Shown: positions 1 to 8,630 of the stretch, in pieces
Layout: each line of letters begins with the position of its first letter
How positions within the stretch are numbered: position 1 is the first letter of the stretch
Virus record (IMG/VR): IMGVR_UViG_2671180846_000035
Length of the DNA stretch: 19,993 nucleotides
Direction: 5' to 3' (one strand)
Source of the DNA: a virus
Taxonomy: Duplodnaviria > Heunggongvirae > Uroviricota > Caudoviricetes
The notes under the pieces: model-generated
Told to the model about the DNA's origin: nothing
What the model saw: only the letters and a program-made list of their open reading frames with translations
Database searches by the model: none
Translations under genes and position numbers: made by a program

Positions 1-699
1 TTATGATGATGCCGGTGCATTTATCTCCAGCACCAGACTTTCTATCTCAACGCCATACGCTGCATTTTTTGTAACATCCGTCAGCGTCAGCGCATTCAGT
101 CCCAGTGTCAGACTGTCTTTTATAACCTGGAATGCCGGGCCAGCCACTCCATTCAGTTTCGGAGTAACCGTGGCACTGCCGGCGGTGAACACCAGCTCCA
201 GCGTCTGCCAGTCGTTACCGTAATCGCCGAACTCCCCCAGCTTCGTGTTTCCGGCTTTCCTGTGATGCATCAGATTCACTCTGCCGTCAGTGGTCTGAGT
301 GAAGTACGACATCAGGAACGGATTACCGGTACCCGTCATCGCCACACCATCAGGAACGGGAGCATCCGTATACAGATAAATCCCCAGCCCGAACTGATTG
401 TTGGTCAGTGCGCCTGACAGGCGGAACTTACAGGTCAGTCTGCCGCCCTGTGTCAGCAGGGTAATTGCGTCATCCACCGGATGCGTCAGGGACCAGGTTT
501 TATTGCTCTGCTTGGTGATCTTAAATACACCATCTGACAACTGAATTCCGCCATCCTTAATGCTCCAGCCCTGCGCAGCAGCCTCTCCGGCTGCCGGCAG
601 CAGGGAGATTGTGCGAACGGACGTATCTGCAGACGGACCCGATGGCGTGTTGCCGCCGGGCGAGGGTTTGATTTCCGGTGCCTTACCACTGATGAAGGC
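1..699 (-). CDS. C-terminal portion of the NanS-p-like esterase (putative carbohydrate-binding domain); frame is open from the N gap to the stop at 1-3
   Basis: The 179-aa ORF 1..540 starts at a TTG, and the same frame reads without a stop back to the N run at 699 (linker-like ...PEIKPSPGGNTPSGPSADTS...). Size and position fit the C-terminal domain of prophage NanS-p esterases. Joining to the upstream ORF across the gap is inference. Confidence 0.5.
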   Translation of the reverse strand, partial: AFISGKAPEIKPSPGGNTPSGPSADTSVRTISLLPAAGEAAAQGWSIKDGGIQLSDGVFKITKQSNKTWSLTHPVDDAITLLTQGGRLTCKFRLSGALTNNQFGLGIYLYTDAPVPDGVAMTGTGNPFLMSYFTQTTDGRVNLMHHRKAGNTKLGEFGDYGNDWQTLELVFTAGSATVTPKLNGVAGPAFQVIKDSLTLGLNALTLTDVTKNAAYGVEIESLVLEINAPASS

Positions 700-749
700 N
701 NNNNNNNNNNNNNNNNNNNNNNNNNNNNNNNNNNNNNNNNNNNNNNNNN
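700..749. other. Assembly gap (run of 50 N)
   Basis: Run of n characters in the sequence; true length and content unknown, so frame across it is undefined. Confidence 0.95.
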
Positions 750-1912
750 TTCAGAATAGCGGTTGCCATACGATCCGGAATAATGCTCCTGCGCGCCCAT
801 GAACTGAAATGCGTCTGGCGATTTGATGATACCCAGTTTTTGTTCGTTCGGGATGCCGAACCGTAATATCCCTCACTTGCAGCATCCGGATCTTCCGTTG
901 GTGCGTTGGTGGAGGTATTGTTGCCACTACCATCGGTCAGGAATGGCACAAAGAAAACGTTGTCGCTCTCCCTGTTTTTGTACGCCCCGTAAATGGTGTC
1001 GTACTGCGTGCCGTAGGTGTTTTTCCAGTAATACGTCGTGTCACCACAAATCCATGGCACACTTGCCGCTCTGCCTCCATGACACTGCGTGTTAAACTCG
1101 GTAATGTCCGCACGAAACTGTTTCAGCATGGCCGCAAACAGCGGAGGTTGCTGTGAGTACGTAGCGGCGCTCATGTCAAATTCGCCCTGCATCCAGCATA
1201 CGGCCAGCAGCATGTTTTTTGGGTTTTTCTGCAATGCGGCCTTCGTGCGCAAAATCAGGTCCTGATATAAAGGTTTACCCACACCCCAGCGAGCCGAATC
1301 CTGACTGGCTCCTGTGGACTCGCTGAATGTCCCCTCCGCGCCCTGGGTGAATGCCGAACCACCACGACAGCATGGAACCAGTAAAATCCCGGCATTCTGT
1401 GGAATGTAAGGCAACAGGCGTTTGGCAATATGCAAGCCCTGTCCGACACAGCCATACTGCCCTTTGCTCAGGTCTGCATTCGGGTGATTCAGTACGCTCA
1501 TATCCTGAACATCATGCAGGCAGTGATCTGCCGGAATGATGTCGTTAAATGCGCATGCTTTACCACCGGGAGTCACTGTGTTGCGACGGGCCAGTTGCTT
1601 AATGCGTGGGTGGGGCGCATCGTAAGAATCCGGCAGCGGCATTCCCTCACCATATGACATGGCATTGGATTGACCAGCAAGTACCACCACGTAATACCAC
1701 TCCGGCACGCTGCCGTGCTGGGGGGAATCAGGTGAGATGTCTGTAGTGCCATCGGCCACCATTGCCTGCATTAGATACCACGGGGTGCCGGGTTCGTAGG
1801 CAACCCGCGTCTCCCCCTGAAGATGCCACCCTTTCGCAAGATGTTCATTCACCTTTTGAGTCAGTTCAGCCTGTGTCATGGCTGTAATCAGTGCAAAGTT
1901 CTTACTGGTCAT
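750..1912 (-). CDS. nanS: Sialate 9-O-acetylesterase, NanS-p-like (N-terminal DUF1737-like segment plus SGNH hydrolase), 5' portion up to the gap
   Basis: ORF 683..1912 (409 aa). Motifs VLAGQSNAMSYGEG, APHPRIKQLAR, FNDIIP, CCRGGSAFT, CWMQGEFD match my recollection of E. coli NanS/YjhS and prophage NanS-p. ATG at 1912 overlaps the lysC stop (ATGA). Confidence 0.7.
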
Positions 1913-2220
1913 TGTGTTACTCCCGTCTGGTGTGTCAGTTCGGCTATTCTCTTATCCAGTTCAGCAATGGCCCGTTTATCCGCGTTACAGGTTTCCAGTG
2001 CATCCAGAAGGCGGTCGCCCCATATTCCGAGGTTTCCCCATGTGGGTTGGTCAGGGAAGGGGGGAGGCGTTACCGGCATGGTCAGCGTCTGCGGTATAAG
2101 CCGGACTGACGGCGCTGGCCGTGGCGCGTTCTGCGTGCCTGCGCAACCTGTCAGTAAAACGAGCGTCAGGCAAAGCGTGGGCGCATTCATCTTTTGCAAT
2201 ATCGTTGCGTAGCTGTTCAC
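1909..2220 (-). CDS. lysC: o-spanin lipoprotein (LysC/Rz1-like)
   Basis: Signal peptide with lipobox (LCLTLVLLTGCAG) and a proline-rich periplasmic region; overlaps the 3' end of the i-spanin gene as in P2 lysB/lysC. Start may be the GTG at 2220 (GGAGAGG Shine-Dalgarno upstream) or the ATG at 2190. Confidence 0.7.
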   Translation of the reverse strand: MNSYATILQKMNAPTLCLTLVLLTGCAGTQNAPRPAPSVRLIPQTLTMPVTPPPFPDQPTWGNLGIWGDRLLDALETCNADKRAIAELDKRIAELTHQTGVTQ

Positions 2221-2458
2221 GTCTTACCTCTCCGTCCTGATTGCGTTGCTGATTGTCCGCGCGGAGTTGAGCCAGCACCTGCTGCATATCCTGTACCCCG
2301 GCGCTGATGATATTCAGTGTGTCGACGGTACTTTTCAGGGTGCTGGCCTGCGCTTCGTTTCTGGCGTTCTCCCGGCCCAGCGACCACGACAGACGCATGG
2401 ATGTTCCCCATGCGGCAATCAGAAGGAAAGCGACGCCAAGCGTGGGCCAGAGCTTCAT
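2051..2458 (-). CDS. lysB: i-spanin (LysB/Rz-like), 136 aa from the internal ATG
   Basis: N-terminal TM segment (MKLWPTLGVAFLLIAAWG) then a coiled-coil-like periplasmic domain. The ATG at 2458 overlaps the endolysin stop (ATGA); the 183-aa track ORF is an upstream extension. Confidence 0.65.
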   Translation of the reverse strand: MKLWPTLGVAFLLIAAWGTSMRLSWSLGRENARNEAQASTLKSTVDTLNIISAGVQDMQQVLAQLRADNQQRNQDGEVRREQLRNDIAKDECAHALPDARFTDRLRRHAERATASAVSPAYTADADHAGNASPLP

Positions 2459-2847
2459 GCCGGATAGGCTCCGTGTGGTAACTGAAAATGCGGTCCGTCT
2501 TTCAGGGTCTTCCAGTCGCCGCCCCATTCCACCGGAATATTCAGTTCCCGGCTGGCCTGTCTGAATGCTGCTGCGATTTTTTCGTACAGCGGCCATTCCC
2601 ATGACACCTGGCTGCCAACATAAGCCACAACATCCACGGCATGCCCTGTGAGATGGCGACTGTTCATGGTCTGGCTCTTGCCTGTGGTCACGAGCTGCTT
2701 CTGACGATAACGACTGCGCAATCCTTCGGTGATACCAAAATCCACTTCCGAGATTTCCAGCGCCCGTCGGGTCACTTTCACCAGATCAGGATTTACACCC
2801 TGCAAATTCTTTTCGCTTCGGCTGCTGAATTTAAATGTGTTGCTCAT
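2455..2847 (-). CDS. Endolysin, peptidase M15 family (L-alanyl-D-glutamate endopeptidase type)
   Basis: 130 aa with the Zn-binding HxxGxAxD-like motif (HLTGHAVDV) and a C-terminal WGGDW..DGPHFQL typical of M15 endolysins. AAGGAGAGG Shine-Dalgarno upstream; start overlaps the holin stop. Confidence 0.8.
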   Translation of the reverse strand: MSNTFKFSSRSEKNLQGVNPDLVKVTRRALEISEVDFGITEGLRSRYRQKQLVTTGKSQTMNSRHLTGHAVDVVAYVGSQVSWEWPLYEKIAAAFRQASRELNIPVEWGGDWKTLKDGPHFQLPHGAYPA

Positions 2848-3167
2848 TCGTTCCTCTCCTTCACCCTGCGATCAAATATTGCAATAACCTTGTCGCGTGC
2901 TTTCTCTGCGCCCATAAAACCGATTGAGGCACCAAAAAACGTCACTGCATCCTCAGGGATCCCGAAGAAGCGCAGCGACCCGGCCACGGCCATGGCAAGA
3001 ACGCCGCACGCCAGCGATCCCGTTACGGTCTGAACCAGTGTTCGTCCGTCATAAAGACTCATCAGCGCGGAAATGCTGACAGCCGCGCCTACTGCATACA
3101 CCGTTGGCAGGTGGTCAAAGAGCCACGCAATAACCTGCTCTGTGATCCCTGTTTGAATGGTGCTCAC
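2844..3167 (-). CDS. Holin (about 107 aa from the GTG start)
   Basis: Two to three hydrophobic TM segments and a charged C-terminal tail (RRVKERNE). The GTG at 3167 follows a GGGGGGAG Shine-Dalgarno just after the gene X stop; the 180-aa track ORF (2844..3386) is an out-of-frame upstream extension across X. Confidence 0.6.
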   Translation of the reverse strand: MSTIQTGITEQVIAWLFDHLPTVYAVGAAVSISALMSLYDGRTLVQTVTGSLACGVLAMAVAGSLRFFGIPEDAVTFFGASIGFMGAEKARDKVIAIFDRRVKERNE

Positions 3168-3169
3168 TG

Positions 3170-3370
3170 CTACTCCCCCCACAACTGAATCATTTCTCGT
3201 TTCTTCTTCTCCGGCTCCGGCATCTCCACTTCCTGCCCGGCGTCCAGAAATACCTGCTGACAGAGTCCGGGGTTGGCATCCAGCACCTTTTCGGTGACGC
3301 CCCGTGTCGTGCCGTAGTACCGGAAACAGAGCGAATCCACGGTGTCGCCTTCCAGTGCCTTCACTTTCAT
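3170..3370 (-). CDS. X: Phage tail protein X (P2 gpX family, LysM-like)
   Basis: MKVKALEGDTVDSLCFRYYGTTRGVTEKVLDANPGL resembles P2 gpX. The ATG at 3370 overlaps the gene L stop by 1 nt. Confidence 0.8.
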   Translation of the reverse strand: MKVKALEGDTVDSLCFRYYGTTRGVTEKVLDANPGLCQQVFLDAGQEVEMPEPEKKKREMIQLWGE

Positions 3371-3864
3371 CAGCACAGCTCCGCAAACATTCGCGGTCGT
3401 CCCAGAATGTCAGAGATGGCCCAGCTCACATCGCGCCACAAATCCGATGTCTGTATATCCAGTGCGTCCGCCCGGCGGTCGCCCTTGTCCGTTGTGTCCG
3501 CATCGCGGTAACGCTCCAGAATCAGGGCGCGTGTGGCGGTATAAACAGCATTGCGCCAGTGCCAGAGATTGACGCTTTCTCCGTTAATTACAGGGGCCGG
3601 AACATCGGCCAGCGTCTGATAGCCAGCCGCCTGTTGTTCCTGCTGCCATGCTTCCAGCTCGCGGGTAACGTGTGCTATGGCCCCGGTGGCGGTATGCAGC
3701 AGGCGGGAGGTGGTCACGCGGCCCGGCAGTCGTACCGCCAGACGCAGCTCACGCAGCACAATATCCGGCCAGAATGCACCCGCTGAAATGCGAGTGTCGC
3801 CATCATCGGTATCGGTGATGTCGTCCTCTGCGGGGCCGGGGTTAGTTCTGGCAACCATACTCAT
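3370..3864 (-). CDS. L: Head completion/stabilization protein (P2 gpL family)
   Basis: Synteny (M-L-X) and size. ATG at 3864 preferred for its AGGAG Shine-Dalgarno; the track ORF starts at a GTG at 3873. Confidence 0.75.
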   Translation of the reverse strand: MSMVARTNPGPAEDDITDTDDGDTRISAGAFWPDIVLRELRLAVRLPGRVTTSRLLHTATGAIAHVTRELEAWQQEQQAAGYQTLADVPAPVINGESVNLWHWRNAVYTATRALILERYRDADTTDKGDRRADALDIQTSDLWRDVSWAISDILGRPRMFAELC

Positions 3865-3965
3865 GGGGTTCACTCCTGAAAAAATCGGGCGGTGGGTGCG
3901 CGGTGTAAACGGTCACGGAGTCAAACCGGAACACCGCGCACGCCGCCCGCTGACGGGGTCAGTCG

Positions 3966-4766
3966 TTAACCGCGCTTTGCCTTCTGCGTCGCGGTGGTTT
4001 TTCGTGTTGCAGGCTTCCGCGTTGTCTTTTTATTTTTGCTGCTTTCGTCCTGCGCCTGCTGTGCGCTGGCGTCTTCTGGTTCGGCTGCGGAATCGGCTTT
4101 TTTCAGGGCGCGGGAAAGGGTTGCAATCTCGCGTTTCACACCTGCGTTCGGGTTCAGGTGCATCGCTTCGCGCAGCAGCTTCAGTGATGAGGCCATGTTG
4201 TCTGCATCGGTCAGGCCACGACGGGCAAAGGCACACGCCTTGCATAATTTGGCGCGCACTTCGTCCGGAATGTCCTGGTTGGCGACAATTTCCCAAAGTG
4301 TGTCCAGTGGTTCGATAAAGGCGGATAAATCCGCGTCGGCATCCGTCCCAGCCTGCGTCAGTACCGGGTTGCAGATTTCTTCGGTCAGTACCGTGGCAGC
4401 AGTACGGCCAAAGTTATCCGGCATGATGAGGTTGTGACGGACCACATATGCACCAATACGCAGCGCCAGCGGAAGATCGCCGCAGTCAATCGCCCACACC
4501 ATCAGCGTGGCAATTACTTCGTCCTGTTGCCCGCCGTCAGCCTCCAGCGTTCCCTCAATCCAGCCGGAAAAGTCCGGCAACAACTCTTTTTTGATGGCGG
4601 CTTTCGCGCTTCTGGCCTGTATGGCCTTTAGCCTGGCCTGTGCCAGACGCAGACGATACAGCACTTCTTCATGCGCGGTACACGCGGCGTGGTCCACACC
4701 TTCATTCGCCCGGCCTGCGCGCTGTGCCATCACGTTCTGCCAGTGTTGTTGTGCAGGAGTAATCAT
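3966..4766 (-). CDS. M: Terminase endonuclease subunit (P2 gpM family)
   Basis: 266 aa with a lysine-rich C-terminal tail, immediately downstream of the capsid gene; GGAGAG Shine-Dalgarno before the ATG. Confidence 0.8.
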   Translation of the reverse strand: MITPAQQHWQNVMAQRAGRANEGVDHAACTAHEEVLYRLRLAQARLKAIQARSAKAAIKKELLPDFSGWIEGTLEADGGQQDEVIATLMVWAIDCGDLPLALRIGAYVVRHNLIMPDNFGRTAATVLTEEICNPVLTQAGTDADADLSAFIEPLDTLWEIVANQDIPDEVRAKLCKACAFARRGLTDADNMASSLKLLREAMHLNPNAGVKREIATLSRALKKADSAAEPEDASAQQAQDESSKNKKTTRKPATRKTTATQKAKRG

Positions 4767-4811
4767 TTTTTCTCTCCGTTACAGGCGGGCATGATGCCCG
4801 CCGTGAGTTGA

Positions 4812-5864
4812 TTAGCTGTCGGCGAACTTCAGGCCAGTGACCATCGCGCACTTGCCATAGTCTTCAACGACATAAGCGTCATTGATGGACTGGTAGGTGG
4901 CGATGCGGTTGTATTCCGGCTCGTCTTTCATCAGACGACGCATTGAACCTTTCTGCCAGTAAATCGACAGGTTGTTGAACGAGGTGATAAGCATCGTTGC
5001 ATCCGGGAAGAACGGCGCAAGGAACACGCCCAGCCCGCCAATGGTGCGCGATGACAGGATGAGCTGCCCGGCAAGTAATTCCGCATTGGGATTCTGGCCG
5101 CTGATGCTGTTCAGCACGGGCAGACGCAGCGAGTTAAACAGGTTGCGCCCCATAATCACCACGAGGTCGTCAGCTTCCTTGTGCCATTCATCCAGCAGGG
5201 ATGAGCGCGCATCCTGTACCAGAGCATCGGCATTCGCATACTTACCCGCGTGCGCCACAGTGTTGTCCATGTTGCGGGAGGTCAGCGTCACGTCATTCAT
5301 TACGCGCTCGCTGGCATCGGTTCTGATGTGCTCCAGCCAGCCCACGTTAACGTCCTGAAGCAGCTTGTTGGTGTGAAAATCAGACTCGTAGGCGTGGGAT
5401 GTGCCGTTAAAGCCAATCATGATGCGATCAAGCGCTACCTGCCGGGCGATCTGTGTACTGATACGGGACTGAAAATCGCTGTGGGCCGCCCAGGTATCAA
5501 GCTGTGGGTACGAAATAAAGGTATCGTAGTTCACCTGTTCGCACTGGTACTGACGAGACTTCATATCGATCACGTTATTCGGGTTACGGCGTTTGATGCC
5601 GTCATAACTGCTATTCGTGCGCGCAATTGGCCCGGTGGTGTCCGGGAGGATTTTTTCGCCTTTCTGGTCGGTCACGCCGATCACGTTAATTCTTTTCGTA
5701 AATTCGGTACTTTCCTTTGAGGCGTTTTCAAAACGCTGCTGCACCGCGGGTTCCACGGTAAATCGCGATACCAGTGCAGATACCGGGATATTGTTAAGCG
5801 ACGCCTGCTGCGCCATATAGCAACCCAGCTTGTTGCGGGTAATATCTGACATCACCAGATTCAT
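4812..5864 (-). CDS. N: Major capsid protein (P2 gpN family)
   Basis: 350 aa; segments FTVEP, GFNG, LVVIMGR, ENLSIY-like and YVVEDY match my recollection of P2 gpN; position between O and M. Confidence 0.9.
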   Translation of the reverse strand: MNLVMSDITRNKLGCYMAQQASLNNIPVSALVSRFTVEPAVQQRFENASKESTEFTKRINVIGVTDQKGEKILPDTTGPIARTNSSYDGIKRRNPNNVIDMKSRQYQCEQVNYDTFISYPQLDTWAAHSDFQSRISTQIARQVALDRIMIGFNGTSHAYESDFHTNKLLQDVNVGWLEHIRTDASERVMNDVTLTSRNMDNTVAHAGKYANADALVQDARSSLLDEWHKEADDLVVIMGRNLFNSLRLPVLNSISGQNPNAELLAGQLILSSRTIGGLGVFLAPFFPDATMLITSFNNLSIYWQKGSMRRLMKDEPEYNRIATYQSINDAYVVEDYGKCAMVTGLKFADS

Positions 5865-5887
5865 AAAAAATTTGCTCCTTTGTCTTA

Positions 5888-6724
5888 TCAGAAGTCAGCC
5901 AGCTGGTCGGAGGCTGCGCCCGTTGCGGTGAAGCGGTTCTGCGGATCGCCGTCCTGCGTGCGCAGTTTTTCCTTCAGTGCTGTCAGCTCTGTGGTCAGTG
6001 ACGTGATTTTCTGGCGGTCCTGCTGATGGCGGGTTTCCAGCACATTAAAACGGTCGATAATGTCGACCTGTGATGTTGCAACGCCTTCCACCGCTTCCTG
6101 AATACGGGAGAAACTGGCGTCATCCGCTTTGCGGCCACGACCAATAATCCCCATTACGCGGTTAAACCACTGGGTGCCTTCTTCCTGGCGTTGTTCTGCC
6201 ATTTCGATGATTTCAGACTCGATGGCTTCGGAGATAAGCGGTGCTTCACCCTGGATACTGTTGAACGTCATCACCGCCTGACGCTGCTGTGCCGTGAATT
6301 TCAGGCGCTCAGTGCCCAGGCTTGCCGGGGTGTCGGTCATCGCCAGCCCGACCAGATAGGCACGCCCGTTAACGGAGAACTGCGGGTGCAGTTCGATACT
6401 GGAATAGATTTTCTTGCCGTCAGCGATAAGCTGCTTCATGCGCTCGGTCGGTTCGATTTCTGCATACAGCGCAGTACGTCCGGCCAGCGGGCCTTCCGTA
6501 ATATCTTCCGTACTCAGCGCGGTGACATCGCCCATTGCGGAAAATTCGCTTGACGGGCATGGCGAGAGATAGTGCTCAACGTTCACGCGGGCAGCGTAAA
6601 CATCCGGGTTGAAGTTCTCGGCGGCTTCACGCAGATGTACCGGGCTGATTTCGCGGCCATCAACAGTTGATCCGGAGACAGCCACGCGAAACTTTTTGCG
6701 GGATGTCTTTTTTTCATTAGCCAT
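5888..6724 (-). CDS. O: Capsid scaffolding protein (P2 gpO family)
   Basis: Resembles P2 gpO (KKFRVAVSGSTVDGREIS..). The ATG at 6724 has an AGAGGGG Shine-Dalgarno; the upstream ATG at 6757 has none. Confidence 0.85.
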   Translation of the reverse strand: MANEKKTSRKKFRVAVSGSTVDGREISPVHLREAAENFNPDVYAARVNVEHYLSPCPSSEFSAMGDVTALSTEDITEGPLAGRTALYAEIEPTERMKQLIADGKKIYSSIELHPQFSVNGRAYLVGLAMTDTPASLGTERLKFTAQQRQAVMTFNSIQGEAPLISEAIESEIIEMAEQRQEEGTQWFNRVMGIIGRGRKADDASFSRIQEAVEGVATSQVDIIDRFNVLETRHQQDRQKITSLTTELTALKEKLRTQDGDPQNRFTATGAASDQLADF

Positions 6725-6878
6725 AGTTTTTGCCCCTCTGACTGGTTCTTCAGTCATGATGGCAAAGCGTAACAGGCTGATACAAAGGGATTTTGTTGTA
6801 AGAAAACGGCCAGAACAGGGGGTTAAGGAGAACAGTTTCGCGCGCGGGTAATCTTCCTGTAATTACTCAGGGGGAGCA
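6725..6878. promoter_or_regulatory. Divergent late promoter region between O (minus) and P (plus)
   Basis: 154-bp intergenic region between divergent structural operons, as in P2. It contains TGT...ACA-type partial dyads, but no confident match to the Ogr-dependent TGT-N12-ACA site. Confidence 0.4.
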
Positions 6879-8630
6879 ATGATTCAGGACGCTTTTGTGC
6901 GCCAGCGTGCGCGGCAACTTTACTGGCAGGGTTATCCGCCCGCAGAAATATCACGTCTGATGGGAATAAACCCGAACACGATTTATGCGTGGAAAAAACG
7001 CGACCAGTGGGATGAAACGCCACCCGTGCAGCGTGTCACGCAGTCCATCGATGCGCGCCTCATCCAGCTTACTGAAAAACAGAATAAAACAGGCGGTGAC
7101 TTTAAGGAAATAGACCTGCTGACCCGGCAGCTTAAAAAACTGCATGATGGCCAGCCGGATGCGACGGTCACAGGAAAGAAAGGCCGGGCGAAAAAACTCA
7201 AAAATCATTTCACGCCGGAACAGATTGCCGCACTGCGGGAAAAAATCATCAGCAGGCTGGAGTGGCATCAGCGGGGCTGGTTTGACTCCCTGACCCTTTG
7301 CAGGGAAGCCGGGATACGTAACAGGATGATCCTGAAATCCCGACAGATTGGGGCGACCTGGTATTTTGCACAGGAAGCTCTGCTGATGGCGCTGCGTGAC
7401 GATGTGGCGCAACCTTACCAGCGTAACCAGATTTTTTTGTCTGCGTCGCGTCGTCAGGCGTTCCAGTTTAAAAGCATTATTCAGAAGGCCGCGGCTGAAG
7501 TTGATGTGGAGCTGAAAGGGGGCGATAAAATCATCCTCTCCAACGGCGCAGAGCTGCATTTTCTCGGCACTTCTGCTGCGTCGGCACAGTCCTATACGGG
7601 CAATTTTTATTTTGATGAATTTTTCTGGGTCAGTCGCTTTGCTGAACTGCGCAAGGTGGCTGGCGCTATGGCAACCCTCAGCGGACTGCGGCGCACCTAC
7701 TTCTCCACGCCATCCACCGAAACGCACGAGGCATACGCCTACTGGAACGGCGACCGCTGGAACGAGAAAAAGGCCACGCATAAACGCCAGCGTTTTTCTG
7801 TGGACTGGAAAACGCTGCATAACGGGCTTATCTGCCCTGACCGGACGTGGCGGCAAATTGTCACGCTGGAAGATGTGGTCAATCACGGCTGGAAACACAC
7901 CGATATCGACGAAATTCGTGATGAAAACACCGAAGACGAGTTCCTCAATCTCTATATGTGTGAGTTTGTCCGCGAAGGGGAATCGGCATTTAACCTGAAT
8001 ATCCTGATTGGCTGCGGTGTTGACGGATACGACGACTGGAAAGACTGGAAACCTTTTGCTCCCCGCCCGATGGGGAATCGTCCGGTATGGATTGGGTATG
8101 ACGCAAACGGCAGTAGTGGCAACGGCGACAGCGGCGCTGTGTCCGTGGTGGTTCCTCCGGCTGTTCCTGGTGGCCGTTTTCGAACGGTGGAGACGCGACG
8201 CGTTCAGGGGCTGGAGTTTGAAGAACAGGCCAGAGTCATTGAAGAGTTCACGTATCGCTACAACGTGGAACACATCGGCATTGATGTGACGGGCGGGAAC
8301 GGGGAGGCTGTTTATCAGATAGTGAAACGGTTTTTCCCTGCTGCTATTCCGTACACCTTCACGCTGTCATCAAAACGGTCGCTGGTACTGAAAATGCTGC
8401 AAATAATGCGTGCCGGGCGGTGGGAATACGATCGCGCCGAACGCGAGCTGGTCGCGGCCTTTAACGCCGTGCGTAAGGTGAAAACACCGGGCGGCTTTAT
8501 CACTTACGAAACGGACCGCGCGAGGGGGATCAGCCACGGCGACCTTGCGTGGGCAACCATGCTTGCTGTCATTAACGAACCGATTGGCGGCGAAGGAGAA
8601 AACGAGCGTTTCACGGTTATGGAGTTCTGA
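6879..8630 (+). CDS. P: Terminase ATPase (large) subunit (P2 gpP family)
   Basis: 583 aa; N-terminal MIQDAFVRQRARQLYWQGY...ISRLMGINPNTIYAWKK is terminase-like; GGGGGAG Shine-Dalgarno; divergent from O as in P2. Confidence 0.9.
   Translation: MIQDAFVRQRARQLYWQGYPPAEISRLMGINPNTIYAWKKRDQWDETPPVQRVTQSIDARLIQLTEKQNKTGGDFKEIDLLTRQLKKLHDGQPDATVTGKKGRAKKLKNHFTPEQIAALREKIISRLEWHQRGWFDSLTLCREAGIRNRMILKSRQIGATWYFAQEALLMALRDDVAQPYQRNQIFLSASRRQAFQFKSIIQKAAAEVDVELKGGDKIILSNGAELHFLGTSAASAQSYTGNFYFDEFFWVSRFAELRKVAGAMATLSGLRRTYFSTPSTETHEAYAYWNGDRWNEKKATHKRQRFSVDWKTLHNGLICPDRTWRQIVTLEDVVNHGWKHTDIDEIRDENTEDEFLNLYMCEFVREGESAFNLNILIGCGVDGYDDWKDWKPFAPRPMGNRPVWIGYDANGSSGNGDSGAVSVVVPPAVPGGRFRTVETRRVQGLEFEEQARVIEEFTYRYNVEHIGIDVTGGNGEAVYQIVKRFFPAAIPYTFTLSSKRSLVLKMLQIMRAGRWEYDRAERELVAAFNAVRKVKTPGGFITYETDRARGISHGDLAWATMLAVINEPIGGEGENERFTVMEF

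Noticed and set aside
700-749. N run as a possible biological low-complexity feature
   Set aside because: It is an assembly/scaffold gap placeholder; no biological inference can be drawn from its length.
2844-3386. 180-aa holin ORF as given in the track
   Set aside because: Its upstream 73 codons overlap gene X out of frame and are Arg/Gly-rich; the holin more plausibly starts at the GTG at 3167 behind a Shine-Dalgarno. The track ORF was kept only as its truncated version.
3677-4318. 213-aa plus-strand ORF (also 3994..4437 and 4507..4794)
   Set aside because: Antisense to gene M and the L/M region; arginine/serine-rich composition; no start signal; shadow ORFs.
5250-5720. 156-aa plus-strand ORF (also 4972..5358 and 5617..5820)
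   Set aside because: Antisense to the major capsid gene N.
6951-8273. 440-aa ORF on the minus strand
   Set aside because: Entirely antisense to the terminase gene P, which has strong family-level identity; proline/arginine-rich low-complexity translation typical of a shadow ORF in GC-rich coding DNA.
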